This document shows, piece after piece, positions 39,610 to 53,586 of a DNA stretch of 64,000 bases. How positions within the stretch are numbered: the first letter of the stretch is position 1; each line of letters opens with the position of its first letter. This DNA is from Stegostoma tigrinum (lineage: Eukaryota). Where the stretch lies: assembly GCF_030684315.1 (NCBI RefSeq), contig NC_081357.1:48285517-48349516 (forward strand), written 5' to 3'. The notes beneath the pieces are model-generated. The model ran no database searches and was not told where the DNA came from. It was given only the letters and a program-made list of their open reading frames with translations. A program made the translations under genes and the position numbers.

Positions 39610-40345
39610 TTAATGGTGGAGCCCAGGGAATATTGCCAAAGTGATCCAGCAGTGCAGGTGTATCGTCCCTTGAAAGTGGAGTCACAAGGAGACAGGGTGG
39701 TGAAAGTGATGCTTGGTATGCTTGCCATTATTGATCAGTACATAGAGTATAGAAATTGGGACATCACACTGCGGTTGTACAGAACATTGGTGAGCCCACT
39801 TTTAGCATACCGTGTACAATTCTGGTCCTCTTCCCATTGGAAGGCTGTTGTTGAACTTGGAAGGGTTCAGAATAGATTGACAAGATGTTGTCAGGACTGG
39901 AGCGTTCAAGTTACAGGGAGAGGCAAAATAGGCTGGGACTTTCTCCCCCAGGAGCGTCAGAGGCTGAGAGGTGACCTTACAGAGGTTTACAATATCACGA
40001 GTGGTGTGGATAGGCTGAATGACCCAAGACAATTTTGCTTGAATAGCCAAGTCTAAAACTAGAGGGCATAAGCTTAAGGCGAGAGGGGAAAGATCTGAAA
40101 AAGGACCTGAGGGGTAACATCTTAAAGAAGGCAGTGTGCGTACGGAATGAAGTGCCACAGGAAGTGGTGGAGATGGGTACAATTACAACACCTCTAGCGT
40201 CTTGATGTGTATATGGGTATATGAATAAGAAGGGTTTAGAGGGATACGGACCAAATGCTGGCAAACACTAGTTCAGATACAGATGTCTGGTCAGCATGGA
40301 TGAATTGGGCCAGTCTGTTTCCACGCTGTATGACTGACTCTACAA
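39610..40345 (+). mobile_element. CR1/HER1 LINE, 5'-truncated
   Basis: ORF 39565-40056 DRVVKVMLGMLAIIDQYIEYRNWDITLRLYRTLVSPLLAYRVQFWS..RQRLRGDLTEVY; tail ctgtttccacgctgtatgactgactcta. Confidence 0.85.
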
Positions 40346-43300
40346 CTCCACTGGTGACCTCGAAACCATTGCCAATCACCAGAAAAACCCATCTGACTCC
40401 CGAATGTCCATCAGGACAGGAAATCTGCCATATTTGCACAGTCTGGCCGACATATGACTCCAGACCCACAGTAATGTGGTTGCCTCTCAACTGCTCTCTG
40501 AAATGTCCTGACAGACCATTTAGTCATATCAGTCACCGCAAAATCTCAAAAGAAATGAAACAGGACAGATCACCCTGATTTGACCTAGGCACCAGAAAAG
40601 ACAAAAAAAGCAGAAAAAACCTTGTTGACCCTGCAAAGTCATCCTTACTAATAGCTAGTGGCTACAGCCAACTTTGGGAAGGCTGTCTCACAGACTAGTG
40701 ACGCACCAACCTGAGAGTCATACCTTTCAGACAAGGTACCAAACATCACCATCACCATACATGGCCTGCCCCACTGGCAGGACAGATACAGCAGAGTGGT
40801 ATACAGTAAGGAGATGATTCTGCAGGTTGATGTGGAAACACATGCATGATGTGTGAATATAGTACCAAATCAAACAGTGTTTGATGAAGGTAATGGTTGA
40901 AAAATGAAGGGGCCGATAATGTATTTCGAGAATGTTGCTTAACCAGCCAAACATCAGAGCCTAGACAGCCACTTGTTAGCTATGTTATCATCTACTATAT
41001 TTCCATGCAAATTTTTTTATATTAAAAAAGGAAAAGCTAGGTCAGCTCCTTTCAGTATTAAGGGGTCCAGATTAACAAAGTAAAAGCAATACTAACATTC
41101 AAATCGCAATCATATGTTGCTGTTAAGTGATAGAATTGTAATAGACGGCTCAAACATGCTGCATATGTAATAGCGACTTTTATTTTGAAAAATGCCTGGA
41201 TTCTCAACTCTGCAAATGCACACAAACAATTAAGCAGTTAGTTAAGAGGATATTTAGTCTGGTTAAAACATGCCAGTGTTAAGTAAGCAAGCTACGTTTA
41301 CAAATTATTAGTGTCAACACAAAATAAATCTATGAGAATACCATTCAATAGAATTCTGAACATCTGGCTTTAAATGACCAAAAACAGGAGACAGCAAAAT
41401 AATTCCAGACAACAAAGATTGTGTTTCTCCCGAATGCCGTGGAAAGGAAAGAAAAAAAAAAGAGTGTTTGCCCTGTATATAGAACTGGTCAGTCCGTCCA
41501 AATTTTCGAACTGTGACCAGCGTCAGCAGTTGTGGTTATTGTATGTGATTTTATAATCAGGTAAATCCAAATTTTAGAAATAAGTCTTCAGCCAGCTGTT
41601 TCCCTGGAATGTCTGAATAAGATGATTTTCTGCTTTGTGGCTAAGTTACTGAGTATATAGCCAACATACATGCCTATCAGCTTATCAAACATTTTCTTTA
41701 ACAGGCTATTCGAAATATAGCCTGTTTTGTTTCTCTACACTGAAATGCAACTTTATGTCAGTACAAGTGGTTAAAGAGATTCCAGATTTTTGAACACATC
41801 TGTTATTGAGCTGGGAAGGCTGTAGTATCAAAAGGTGACATTAATTCATTATTCATACTGTATGTCTACTCCGATGTGCTTTGTTAATTACTTTCCTTAT
41901 TAAGACTGTTTGGATCCAAGAGGATTTTTTAAAAAAGCAGCAAAAAAACATGCTGCGCAAATCTTCTGGCTCTGCACTTACCAGGAAGGCTAACAAGTTA
42001 CCAATGGCATTCAAAATAGAAAAAGAATAAAAGACAACAATGCCAAACCAAAATAAATTCATGGTTCAGGTAGATCATACCAATGCATATTAAAATAAGT
42101 TAGCAAATAACTCAAAAGGCACAATTACAAAAAAAATACAAAAATTGAAAGAGGGCCACTAGGCAGCTAATGCTCTTCCCATATTTTTTTAAAAAAGGAA
42201 ATACAACTGTCCAGTAGAAATTATAATGGATTCTTATCTCAAGGATGCAATAAAAAACAAACATGGAGAAATCAAAATGACTGAACAGTCAGTATGAATT
42301 TCAAAAGTCTGATTATGCATGACTAAACTTAGAAAGTTTTGATATAAAGATCAGACATTATTGGACTTTCAAAACAGAGATCACAAGCAAGAGAGAACTG
42401 GGGAAAAAAGCTAGAAAGCCCACTAAGTAGGATCGCAGATACCAGAGACAAACCTTTTGGAGCAAAAGAGGGACCAGGCACCATAGGGAGGTGGGTGAGA
42501 TGGGCCATGGATGGACTTGAGGGGTAAATGGAGGCACACAAACAGATACATAATCTTTACTTGGCTCAAATGTTCCCAAAGTCCCACCCTTTGCCCCTAA
42601 AAGATATACCCTCACCACTCGTCCTGCCAGTTCACCAACTTGGATTTTAAAAAAGCAGCCTTCCCACTCTCTCCCATATTCTATTTTCCTAACACATTAC
42701 AGCAGAGACAGAATTAAGGATTTTCATGGCCTGAAAACAAACCAAAACTGCAGAACTAACTACCTGCCTCACTTGGGGAAGAATAAGTGCTGGTTCACAA
42801 GAGATTTTATTGACAAAAATGACTAAAAAAAAATAGGATCAGTTTTATTTTCTTGAATTTAAAGTATGTATTCAATACAGCCGGAGTTTTAGAATTATTT
42901 AAAACTAAAATAATTAACAATGCTCAATAGGTTAAAAAGAAAAAAAGGAAGTGAAGCTCCACTTGATTCAACATTTCAACACCAAATACTGAACATCTGC
43001 AATAAATTTGAACAAGTGTCAAAATAAACAGATGAACATGTAAAGTAATAGTCTATCCCTATCTTATATCAAACAGCTTCTTCAGGAACATACAATACTG
43101 CAAATTGGGCAAGAACTTAGCACAAAATGTAACTTATCCCTCAGGCTAGGTGATGATTTAAGAGCTATAGCTAAATATTTCAAAAGGAAAATTTTCAAAG
43201 GCAAAATTAAACCTAATCAAATCTGCAGTGTCATTTATGACAATTTCAAAACGGTCTTAATTTGCATTATTTTCGCCAAGAATGGAAAAAAGGGGAAACT

Positions 43301-43604
43301 ATTGCAATCAGAGGTGCTGCCTCAAAGTAGTTTGTCAAGTTGAGTTGGAAGAACCTGTTTGTCCATGCATTTGAGACTTACAATGCAAGAGCATGTATTT
43401 TCTTGTTCATCATTAGAAAGCATTAAAAACTACATCCAAAGTCATAGTCGCGCGCACACTCGCCCAAAGATCAACAAGGTTATGTGTGTAACCGCAAAAG
43501 ACGGGCAAGATCCGAAATGAATACTTTGAAACTGTATTTATGTGGATAAAGACTTGGAAGCTAAGAAACTAGGAAATAAACAGAAAAGAGTAGACATTGC
43601 AGAA

Positions 43605-43872
43605 GAGGTGCTGGGGAAAGATTTAAAAGGAATCCAAGGGGCAATATTTTCATGCAGACAGTGGAGAGTGTACGGAATGAGCTGCCAGAGGAAGTGTTAG
43701 AGGCAGATACAAATCACAACATTTAAAAAAGGCATCTGGACAGGTACAATCAATAAAAGATGATTGCCAGATATGACCACTGGAAGTAGCTGAGACCAGC
43801 TCAAGCTCAGAAACCTGGTTGGCATTGACAAGTTATGCCGAAGGGTCTGTTTCCCATGCTGTTGGACTCTGA
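43605..43872 (+). mobile_element. CR1/HER1 LINE 3' end
   Basis: ggggaaagatttaaaagg..ggaatgagctgccagaggaagtg..gccgaagggtctgtttcccatgctg. Confidence 0.8.
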
Positions 43873-44304
43873 ACACAGCATGCCTCGAGTTGTCAAACAA
43901 AATGCTAGTTGTAGATTAAAGATCAGAGTTAGTTGGGTAACATGTATATTTTACACGAAGCAATGGAGAATTTACAAGAGAAATGCAAGTTTCATTTGCA
44001 GATAACATGACAACTGTAAATTTTAGAACTAAAGTGCAAAAGCTGAAACAACAAATTCTATTACAAAAAATAAGCCACATAACTGACAAGGGCATGATTT
44101 ACAAGTTTTCTTTTCAATAATTAAACAGACCATGCTTCTCAAAAAGTGCTCCCTTGAACTATATAGTTAGGGCAGATGAATTGAGAGCTTGGATTAACAC
44201 ACAAATATGTTATAGCTACCACAGAGGCTTGGTTGCAAGAGGTAATAGTCTGGCAGCTTAATGCTCTGGAATTAAGTATTTCAGGAGAGGTAGAGAGGGA
44301 CATA

Positions 44305-44645
44305 AAAGACAGCATCAAGTTCCTAGAAGTGACAATAACCAACAATTTATCCTGGGCCTCCCATGTAGATGTAACGATCAAGGCAGCTCAATGTCTCTTC
44401 ATCCTCAGGTGGCTTAGCAAACTCAGCGCAAAGGGCCCTCACCAACTTTTAGAGATGCACCATTCTATCCAGGTCCATAAACAGCCTGGTACAGCAACTG
44501 CTCTTCCCAGGAATGAAAAAAGTTATATTCACATCCCAGTCCTTCATGGAAGCCAACTCCCATCCATAGGCTCCATTTACATTTCTTGTTGCCATGGAAA
44601 GGTTGCAAACCTAAAAGACCCCTCCGACGCCTGTAATGCAGTACC
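44305..44645 (+). mobile_element. Rex1/Babar-like LINE fragment nested in decayed CR1 sequence (about 44140-44960)
   Basis: ORF 44233-44655 SIKFLEVTITNNLSWASHVDVTIKAAQCLFILRWLSKL resembles the Rex1 FKFLGxxIxxxLSW..KKAQQRLYFLRRL motif. Confidence 0.65.
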
Positions 44646-45321
44646 GCAATATTAGGCAAGAACGAGGGAAGGTCGACTAGGAGCAGACATTTGAGGATAA
44701 AGGCATATCTAGCACACGGGGATCATTTAAAGGCCAGTTGATTAGAGTTCAGGACCAGCACATTCCTATGTAAATGAAGGAAAAGGATGGCAATATTTAA
44801 AGACTTTGGATGACAAGAGAAAGAGCTTTGTCAAAAAAGAGGTGTACGCAAGGTTTGGGTTTTGGAAAGTGAAAGTAGACAGAAGCATTAAGAATACAAA
44901 GATAGTAGGCAAGAACTCAAACAAGAAATTGAGCGCCAAGGGGGCCATAAAGTGTCTTCAGCCTGTTCCTGTGCTAGTCTGTTCTTTGTACATATGCTCA
45001 ACTGTATAGTTTTAAAATTCACTCATTAGAGGTGTGTGTTGCTGGCTAGACCAGCATCTATCACCCACCCGTAGAAAGTGGCAATAAAAGTTGCCTTCTT
45101 GAACCACTCCAGTCCATCTATTATGCAGGTAGTTCCAGGATTATGGCCCAACACTGAAGGATAAACAACATATTTCCAATTCAATTTAGGGTAGTGAATG
45201 GTGTGCAGGTAATGCCATTCCCTTGCATTACTGCCCCTTGTCCTTCTAGCTTGCAGTGGTCTTGTTGGAAGAGCTTATCTAAAAGGCCCTGGTGAATTTC
45301 TGCAGTTTATCTTGTCAATAG

Positions 45322-45795
45322 GGTTGTGAGGGTTGGATTATGAGGAGAGACTGAGTAGACTGGGATTACACTCATTGGAATTCAGAAGAATGAAGGGAGA
45401 TCTTATAGAAAGATAAGATTATGAAGGGAATGGATAAAAAGGTGGAGGCAGGGAGGTTGTTTCCACTAGAGGGTGAAACTAGGACTAGAGGGCATCACCT
45501 CAAAATAAAGGGAAGCAGATATAGGACTGAGGTCAGGAGGAACTTCCTCACCCAAAGGGTTGTGAAATCACCCAAAGGTCTGTGGAATTCCCTGCCCAGT
45601 GAAGCGGTCGAAGCTACCCTCACTGAATGTTTCTAAGGCAAAGCAAGATAATTCCTTTTACTGTTCAAAAATTTAAGGGTTATAGTGAGTGGGAGTTAAG
45701 TGGAGTCTCAAAGATCAGCCATAATCTTATTAAATGGTGGGGCAGGCTCAAGGGGCCAGATAGCCTCCTCCTGCTCCTAGTTCTTATGTTCTTAT
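45322..45795 (+). mobile_element. CR1 LINE 3' fragment
   Basis: ORF 45421-45636 GRLFPLEGETRTRGHHLKIKGSRYRTEVRRNFLTQRVV; tail ctcctgctcctagttcttatgttcttat. Confidence 0.9.
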
Positions 45796-47506
45796 TAAAG
45801 TACTCTTTACTGAGTGCTGGAGGGAGTGGTGGCAGTGCCAATCAAGCCAGCCAATTTGTGCTGGATGGTGTCAAGTTGCGTTATGCAGATCGTGGGCAGA
45901 CTTTGAAATCAGGAGATAAAAAAAGTTACTCACTGAAGGATTCCTAGCCTCTGAGCTGCTCTTTATTTGGCTAGTACAGTTAAGTTTCTGGTCCATTGTG
46001 GTCTCAAGGGTAGTGATAAACAGTGATTCAATAACGTTTACATCAATGAATGTCAAAAAAGGTGATAGTTAGGTTCTGTGCTGTTGGAGATGGTCATGTA
46101 TTGTATGAATACTACTTGCCACTTTTCAATCCAAACCCTATCCAGGTTTTGCTGCATGTGGACATGAGCTGTTACAGTATCTGAGGATCTCCTGCAGAGT
46201 TGTCCTGGTGCTAAGAGGTGTGACCTCCAAAACAAAAATGATAACCGGTACGTGCAAAATGTGTCAATGCAGGCTTGGAGGGCCGAAAGACCTGTTCCTG
46301 TGCTGTATTTTGTTCTTTAACCATCTTTCTTTGTGCCAAGTAGGATTCAAACCAATAGAGAGTTTCCTCCTGGTCCCCATTGATGCCTGTTTTGCTAAGG
46401 ATCCTTGATACCACACACACAGTTGAACACAGCCTTGACAGCACCACTGGTGACTGCTTCCACTGGTTTACAGATAATAGACAATAGGTGCAGGAGTAGG
46501 CCATTCGGCCCTTCGAGCCAGAACTATCATTCATTACAATCATGGCTGATCATCCACAATCAGTATCCTGTTCCTGCCTTATCCCCATAACCCTTGATTT
46601 CACTGTCTTTAAGAGATCTATCTATCTTTCTTGAAAGTATCCAGAGAGTTGGCCCCCACTGCTTTCTGGGGCAGAGCATTCCATATATCCACCACTCTCT
46701 GGGTGAAGTAGTTTTTCCTCAACTCTGTTCTAAATGGCCTAGCCCTTATTTTTAAACTGTGTCCTCTGGTTCTGGACTCATCCATCAGCAGAAACATGCT
46801 TCCTGCCTCCAGTGTGTCCAATCCCTTCATAAATCTTATAAGTCTCAAGCAGATCCCCTCTCATCCTTCTAAACACAAGCGTGTACAAGCCCAGTTGCTC
46901 CAATCTTTCAACATATGATAGTCCTACCATTCCGGTAATTGACCTCGTGAACCTACGCTGCACTCCCTCAATAGCAAGAATGTCCTTCCTCAAAATTTGC
47001 AGATCAAACTGCACACAATACTCCAGGTGCAGTCTCACCAGGGCCCTGTACAGCTCCAGAAGGTCCTCCTTGCTCCTATACACAATTCCTCTTGTGATGA
47101 AGGCCAGCATGCCATTAGCTTTCTTCACTGCCTGCTGTACCTGCATGTTTGCTGTCATTGACTGATGTGCAAGAATACCTAGATCTTGTTGTACTTCCCC
47201 TTTACCTAACTTGACTCCATTTAGATAGCAATCTGCCTTCCTGATCTTGCCAAAGTGGATAACCAAACATTTATCCACATTAAACTGCATCTGCCATGCA
47301 TCCGTCCACGTCACCCTGTATTCTCATAACATCCTCCTCACATTTCACACTGCCACCCAGTTTTGTGTCATCAGCAAATTTGCTAATATTACTTTTAATG
47401 CCTTCATTTATGTATATTGTGAACAACTGTGATCCCAGCGCCAAACCTTACAGTACCCCACTGGACACCGCTTGCCATTCTGAAAAGAACCTGTTAATCA
47501 CTACTC

Positions 47507-47817
47507 AGCGATAATGGGAACTGCAGATGCTGGAGAATCCAAGATAATAAAATGTGAGGCTGGATGAACACAGCAGGCCAAGCAGCATCTCAGGAGCACA
47601 AAAGCTGACGTTTCAGGCCTAGACCCATCAGAGAGGGGGATGGGGTGAGGGTTCTTTTCTCTCCATCTTCGGTCTGCCTCCCCCTCTCTCCCTATTTATT
47701 CCAGTTCCCTCCCCCCATCCCCCTCTCTGATGAAGGGTCTAGGCCCGAAACGTCAGCTTTTGTGCTCCCAAGATGCTGCTTGGCCTGCTGTGGTCATCCA
47801 GCCTCACATTTTATTAT
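47507..47817. mobile_element. PLE P1 foldback element inserted in the CR1 RT
   Basis: Inverted arms. 17-bp TSD cctgttaatcactactc (47490-47506) / cctgtttatcactactc (47818-47834), 1 mismatch. ~35-nt tail on the left arm only. Confidence 0.92.
47725..47756 (+). ncRNA. Minimal type-I hammerhead ribozyme motif, intact core (P1)
   Basis: ct-CTGATGA-a-GGGT-ctag-GCCC-GAAAC-GTC-ag: complete core, 4-5 bp stem II, ACGU palindrome at stem III, only a 2-bp stem I. Activity is not shown. Confidence 0.75.
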
Positions 47818-49929
47818 CCTGTTTATCACTACTCTTTGTTTCCTGCCAGCCAGCCAATTTTCAGTCCAACTCAGTATTTTGCCCCCAACACCATGTGACC
47901 TAACTTTGCTCACTAATCCCCTATGTGGGACTTTATCAAAGGCTTTCTCAAAGTCCAGGTACACCACATCCACTGGCTCTCCCTTATCCATCTTCATTGT
48001 TACATCGTCAAAAAATTCCAGAAGATTAGTCAAACACTCTTTCCCCTTCATAAATCCATGCTGACTGACATATCCTGTTACTGCTATCCAAATGACTCGT
48101 AATTTCATCTTTTATAATTGACTCCAGCATCTTTCCCACCAGACATCAGGCTAACCGGTCTATAATTCAGTTTTCTCTCTCACCCCTTTCTTGAAAAGTG
48201 GGACAAGATTAGCCACCCTCCAATCTGCGGGAACTGATCCTGAATCTATAGAACATTGGAAAATGATTACCAATACGCCCACCATTTCTAGAGCCATCTC
48301 CTTAAGGACCATGGAATGCAGACCATCAGGTCCTGGGAACTTATCAGCCTTCAGGCTGAACAGCCTAACATTTCCTGCCTAATCTAAATTCCCTTCAGTT
48401 CATCCACTACTGTAGGTCCTTCAGCCACTATTATATCTGGGAGATTGTATCTGTCTTCCCTAGTGAAGACAGATACAAACTACCCATTCAACTCTTCTGC
48501 CATTTCCTTGTTCCCCATAATAAATTTACCCGTTTGTGTCTTCAAGGGCCCAATTTTAGTCTTAACCATTTTTCTTTTCACATACCTAAAAAAATCTTAT
48601 TATCCTCCTTTATATTTTTGGCCAGTTTGCCTTCGTACTTCATTTTTTATCCACGTACTGCCTTTTTAGTTATCTTCTGTTGCTCTTTAAAAGTTTCCCA
48701 GCCCTCCGGTTTCCCGCTCATGATGACCAAGAGTAGACTAATAGGGTGGTAATTAGCCCAGCTAGATTTGCCTTGCATTTCTTTTTGTACACAGGACATA
48801 TCTGGCCAATTCTCCACAATGTCAGATAGTTAATAGCAATGCAGCTTTACTAGAACAGCTTGTTTAAGGAGTTCAGAAAATGGAGAGGCAGTATGATTGC
48901 TGCAGTGTTGTCCGAGTCCACAGCCTTTGGCAGTATCCAGTGCTTCCAATCATTTCTTGACGTTCAAGTCATTCCATGTAATTTGAAGACTGGCATCCGT
49001 GCTGTTGGGGACTACTGGAAGATAAGAGTTGGATCATCCACTTAGTTTTTCTCACTGAAGATTGTTACAAATGCTTCAGTACTGAACTACTGGCCTCCTA
49101 ACTGCTGGTAAAGCTTCGAAATACTGAGTTTGAGCTGCTGCAACTGATAACACATCCTACATAGTTATACAGAACACAGGAAAGAGATTTGAATCTGTGT
49201 TCCAGAACATTTAACCAGCTCTGAATTAACACACGCAATAATACCAGCAGGTCACCATGTCCCTGAAAGTCTGTCCATTTTTTTTGTTTACAAAAAACGA
49301 CCCACCAGCTGGGATTGCTTTTTACATTTTATGGTCAACCTGTTCACGGATCTTATGATAATGCCTATGGAGAAGGTGGAACTTGAAACTGGGATGCCTG
49401 GCTCAGGAGGTACAGACTCTATCACTGTACCACAGAGCTCACAGGATCTACTTTTTAAAAAAATTCCTTTAGAGGGTCTACTTTGTTAAAAAAAAACATG
49501 CTCAGGTGAGGAGTTCCACATGAACAGACCATGGGGAAGGGAACTCGTAGTCAATGGGATTCACTGGGAGATCATTTAGTATTTCCCCATACAGCTTATT
49601 GGGTTTACCACACTAGTAAATCTGGCTACCGTTAATAAAGCTCCACTTTTGTCTCATGAGAAATGCTTTGCCTGTGGAAAAACAATACTTACCGTAGCAA
49701 TGAATAGGAAAATAATGCAAATAGGCTTCATCTGTGAAAACAGGTTTACCAGTTTTAAAGATCAAAGGAAAAACAAATACTGCACAAAATCCATTGTTGG
49801 AGAAATTAATTGAAGATAGTGTTGAATCCATAACTTCTAAACATAGCAACACATAGGCAAATGTCAACTCATCAGAAAGTCATTGCTCATGTGACAATAC
49901 AGTGGGCTTTCAGAAGTGTTTTGTCCAGC

Positions 49930-50512
49930 TTGCTTTTACAGACAAGCTGGAGGACAGGCAGTGAGCAGTTTAATGAGAAGATTATCCAAGGCTTCACAAG
50001 TTGTTTACATCGTAACAACAGAAGCAAACTGAATGGGTGTGGTCAAGCTCCCATCTACAGAACCAGGATCATTAGATTAGTTTTCAGCAGTTGCTGCTGG
50101 CGTCTTGAAGAGGTGAAAACTACTTTCCCACCATCTCTCGTTTACAGCCAAGCTGGGGGTTCTCTGCCTGCTATGGTCGATGCATGGGAGGCAATCTGTG
50201 TTCTGAACTTGACTTTTGCCAAAAAAGGTTTTTTTTTAAATGGAATGTTATTTTATAACCGTTTCAACAAAGTAACTATTACTAATTCTTTTATTCTGCT
50301 CATTTTTCTTAGTTATTCCAATTCCTTTGTTTTGTTGTATTCATCTGCTATAGTTAAAATAAATTGTGTTTTGCTTTAAATCTGGTAGTTTGACCAATCA
50401 AATTGCATCTGGAACACAATACCTTACTACATTTATCTTTAAAATAAAAAAGAGACAGGGTCAAAGGTTAGGGTCCTATCCTCTGAATATTGAAGGGTTT
50501 AGTCTGGTACAA
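49930..50512 (+). mobile_element. Possible solo LTR relic
   Basis: aataaattgtgttttgc..gtagtttgaccaatcaaattgcatctggaacac..gggtttagtctggtacaac resembles LTR 3' ends I associate with shark genomes. No TG..CA ends or TSD confirmed. Confidence 0.35.
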
Positions 50513-51049
50513 CTCTTGTTAGCAGTTTGATCTCTGAAAATCAACTGAGACAGACTCAGCAGTGAAACATAATATATGCAGAACACTATCATTTAATTGG
50601 CCAAGTAAACTACTTAATACAGTAGCCTGTTACTTAATGTAAAATTAAACAAAATTACTCAGACAGACATCTAAGACGCTGCTTGAAAGTCTGAGTTTAT
50701 CACTTTTTTCAAACATCAACCCGAAATAAACGAGGGCTGAAAGGTTGTCAGCTTGTTTTCAGGACAGCAGTCACAATGTGCTGGTAAACTGAGGCACACA
50801 GCAAGTAAAATTCACCTCCATAATTGTAACATTCGGCTTAATGCAGACAGTCCAGCTGAGAGACTGATGAAACAGGATTTCCTTCCCTCCCTCCAGTCTT
50901 TGCTCCATCTCTATCATGTTGCAGAGCTCAAAACCATTACAGATTTCAGGTGTGGATCAATGGCCAATACTTCTACCCACCTTGTACATATACAACAATC
51001 CACTTGCAATAACGTATTTGACCACAAACTTCACTATAGCAGGAAAAGG

Positions 51050-51528
51050 AAAGATTTACAAGGATGTTGTCAGCACTAGAAGAGATCGAGTTCTAGCAGA
51101 GGCTGATTACACTGGGGCTACTCTCCCTGGAGCGTCGGAAGTTGCAGGTGACCTCACAGAGGGTTTATAACAAGTCACGAGGGGCACAGATGGGGTGAAC
51201 AGCCACGATCTTTTTCCCTGGGTAGCAGAGACCAAAAATGCAGGGCATAGGTTTAAGGCAAGAAGGGAAAGATTTAAAAAGGGACCTGAGGGGCAACCTT
51301 TCCATGCAGAGGGTAGTGTGTTTATGGAACTAGTTGCCAGCAGAAGTGGAGGAGGCCAGCACAATTACAACACTTCAAAGGCATCTGGATGGGTACATGA
51401 ATAGGGTGAGTTTAGAGGGAAATGGATCAAGTGCTGGCAAATGGGACAAGGTCAGATCAGGATGTTGGGTCAGTGTGGACAAGTTAGACCAAAGGGTCCA
51501 TTCCTATGCTGTATGAACTATGACTCTA
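51050..51528 (+). mobile_element. CR1/HER1 LINE 3' fragment
   Basis: tccctggagcgtcggaagttgcaggtgacctcacagagg..gggcataggtttaagg..ctgtatgaactatgactcta. Confidence 0.85.
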
Positions 51529-53445
51529 AGCCCTGTAACACAGATGGTTCCAATAGCATGCAAGAGAGGATGTGATGGAGAGCACTCACGAGGTTCTGTT
51601 CTGTAGTTTAACACTTGAAACTTATAATAATTAGGACAGGCCTTCACCAAAAACCTGTACAGTTGAAGTTTTGGAAAGGCATGCCAAATCTGAGCAACCT
51701 GGACAATCTTGCCAAACTCAGCCCTTCCCAGCAGAAGGCACAGAAAGTCAATGCTTTTCAAACTGTAGGACCTCCTACTGCTCTTTGTACTTGGACAGCA
51801 AGGCCACCATCCACACTTTAAAAATCGATCTATTTAGGGAAAGTCAGTCAGGTTCAAGACATTGAACTTGTGACCCGGCAGAGGTTGGAGTCGGACCCAA
51901 AAGTCAAAACCGTGCCTACGGTATGTATGAACACCCTGCATGTAAAATTGAAAAATGTTGTTATACCTTACAAAATAAGTGATTAAAAGTTAATAAATTA
52001 CATGGAAAAGTTTCATTATTTGCCTGGTAAAATCAATAATATTTCAAAGAGAAAATAGGAAATCAAGTGCAAAGTTACACTTCAGAATTGTCTGTGTATC
52101 ATGTTCTAAAAGTCATATTTGCTGAACTGAGAGGGAGGATTGGGAAATTTACTTTCCGGATTTACATCTCCTCCGGAACATCCACTTAGCTTCAAAGTGC
52201 TGGTGGAACTCCTTTATACCAGTGATCAACAGCCAGTTCGGCTCAATTAGGGGTGAAAACATCTGCAACAAATCACTACCGTTTACAAACTGCAGAGCTA
52301 ATTATTGGTTGAGGAGTACAATTTGGCCTCAAAAATCAGTGAAAACTAAGTAGTGCTCACAGAAAACAAACATTCTCATTCAAATTGCTACTGTATACCA
52401 ACAAAAACAAAGAGGAACTAACCTAGAATAATTGACAAATTTCTTGCATTCAGAACAGGAAAGTGTACAAAACAGCAATTTATTCACTGTCTTAGGTTGA
52501 CTCCCATCTGTCCCATTCAACAGATACCATCATCGCTACTTGAAGGAAGACTGAGAATTTCACTTGCCAACGTTTATCTCTAAATCACAATGGTAATTGT
52601 GGGATCTTGCTGTGTGAACATCAGTTCCCAAGTTCAACAGCAATTCAACTTAAACTAGAATAGAACTTTTAAAATCTTATTTGTTACATCTTGCAGCTAC
52701 ATTTCCATTTGTCACAAACTTTTATTTGGTACCTAATCAGTGGAAGGTGGATGCTAATAGGAATAATGTTCCCTTGTGGGGGACATTCTGGAACTGGAGA
52801 CTAGATTTCCTCATGTTTTGGTTCAGGGAATTTCAAGCGAGGTATTCAGTCTGGCTGACAGCGACTTCTCACACTATCTTCCACTTCTCACCACAAATCT
52901 CAGTCATCATCCTACTCAAAAATCCAACAGGAGGTGATATCCCTGCCACTGAGAACATTCCAATGCACAAGCTGCTGCTACCACATTTAGAGCCTAGCTG
53001 TGTACCACTGCAAAATAGGAGCTACCTCAGCAACAGAAATCTCTTAGGCAACAGAAATGTCTCAGTAATGGAAGCTAGCACCCAGCTTCTCAGATAGGGA
53101 GGGAGGTCCTGGTGGACAGCAAGCAGCTTTCCTCTACCTAGCTAATCACTGAACAAGTAGCAAGTTGTAAATCCCCATTTAGGCAATATAACCATGTTAC
53201 CCAGCTTTTTATGTATTTTCGATTATGGACTGAAGTGAGAAAATAAAAGTTTTAAAAACCAAGAACAGTGGAAGGGGTTTTAAAAGCAGGTTACCACCAC
53301 TAAGGAATCGGTTAGCCCAGTTGACTGGACGGCTGGTTTGCAATGCAGAGTCATGCCAGTGACATGGGTTCACCTCCTGCACTGGTTGAAGTCACCATGA
53401 AGGACACTTTCTCAGCCTCTGCCTTTAAGGAGGGATCAGACTCAT

Positions 53446-53586
53446 GGAAATAGCAAGAACCGCAGATGCTGAGTCAAAGTCAATACTGAATGGAGCTGGA
53501 GGAACACAGAAAAGGAGCAGGAAAGTCAATGTATCAGGTCTGGACCCTTCATCAGGTCTGAAGGAGGATCCAGGCCCGAGATCAGC
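53446..53586. mobile_element. Decayed P1-related foldback with head-to-head HHR cores
   Basis: ..ggtctggacccttcatcag-gt-ctgaaggaggatccaggcccga..; the two cores are 2 nt apart. Confidence 0.6.

Larger units (their letters stand above)
46476..48720 (-). mobile_element. Relatively young 5'-truncated CR1 LINE with disrupted RT
   Basis: QHGFMKGKECLTNLLEFF..VDVVYLDFEKAFDKVPH (47794-48108), NISKFADDTKLGG (about 47352-47390), WQMQFNVDKC..LYRALVRLHLEYCVQF (46778-47314), RTRGHSLKI..FTQRVVDIWN; tail (tattgtc)n. Confidence 0.95.
45020..49090 (-). mobile_element. LINE family B copy split by younger insertions
   Basis: Collinear pieces at about 45020-45320, 45800-46220, 46320-46475 and 48720-49090. Confidence 0.65.
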
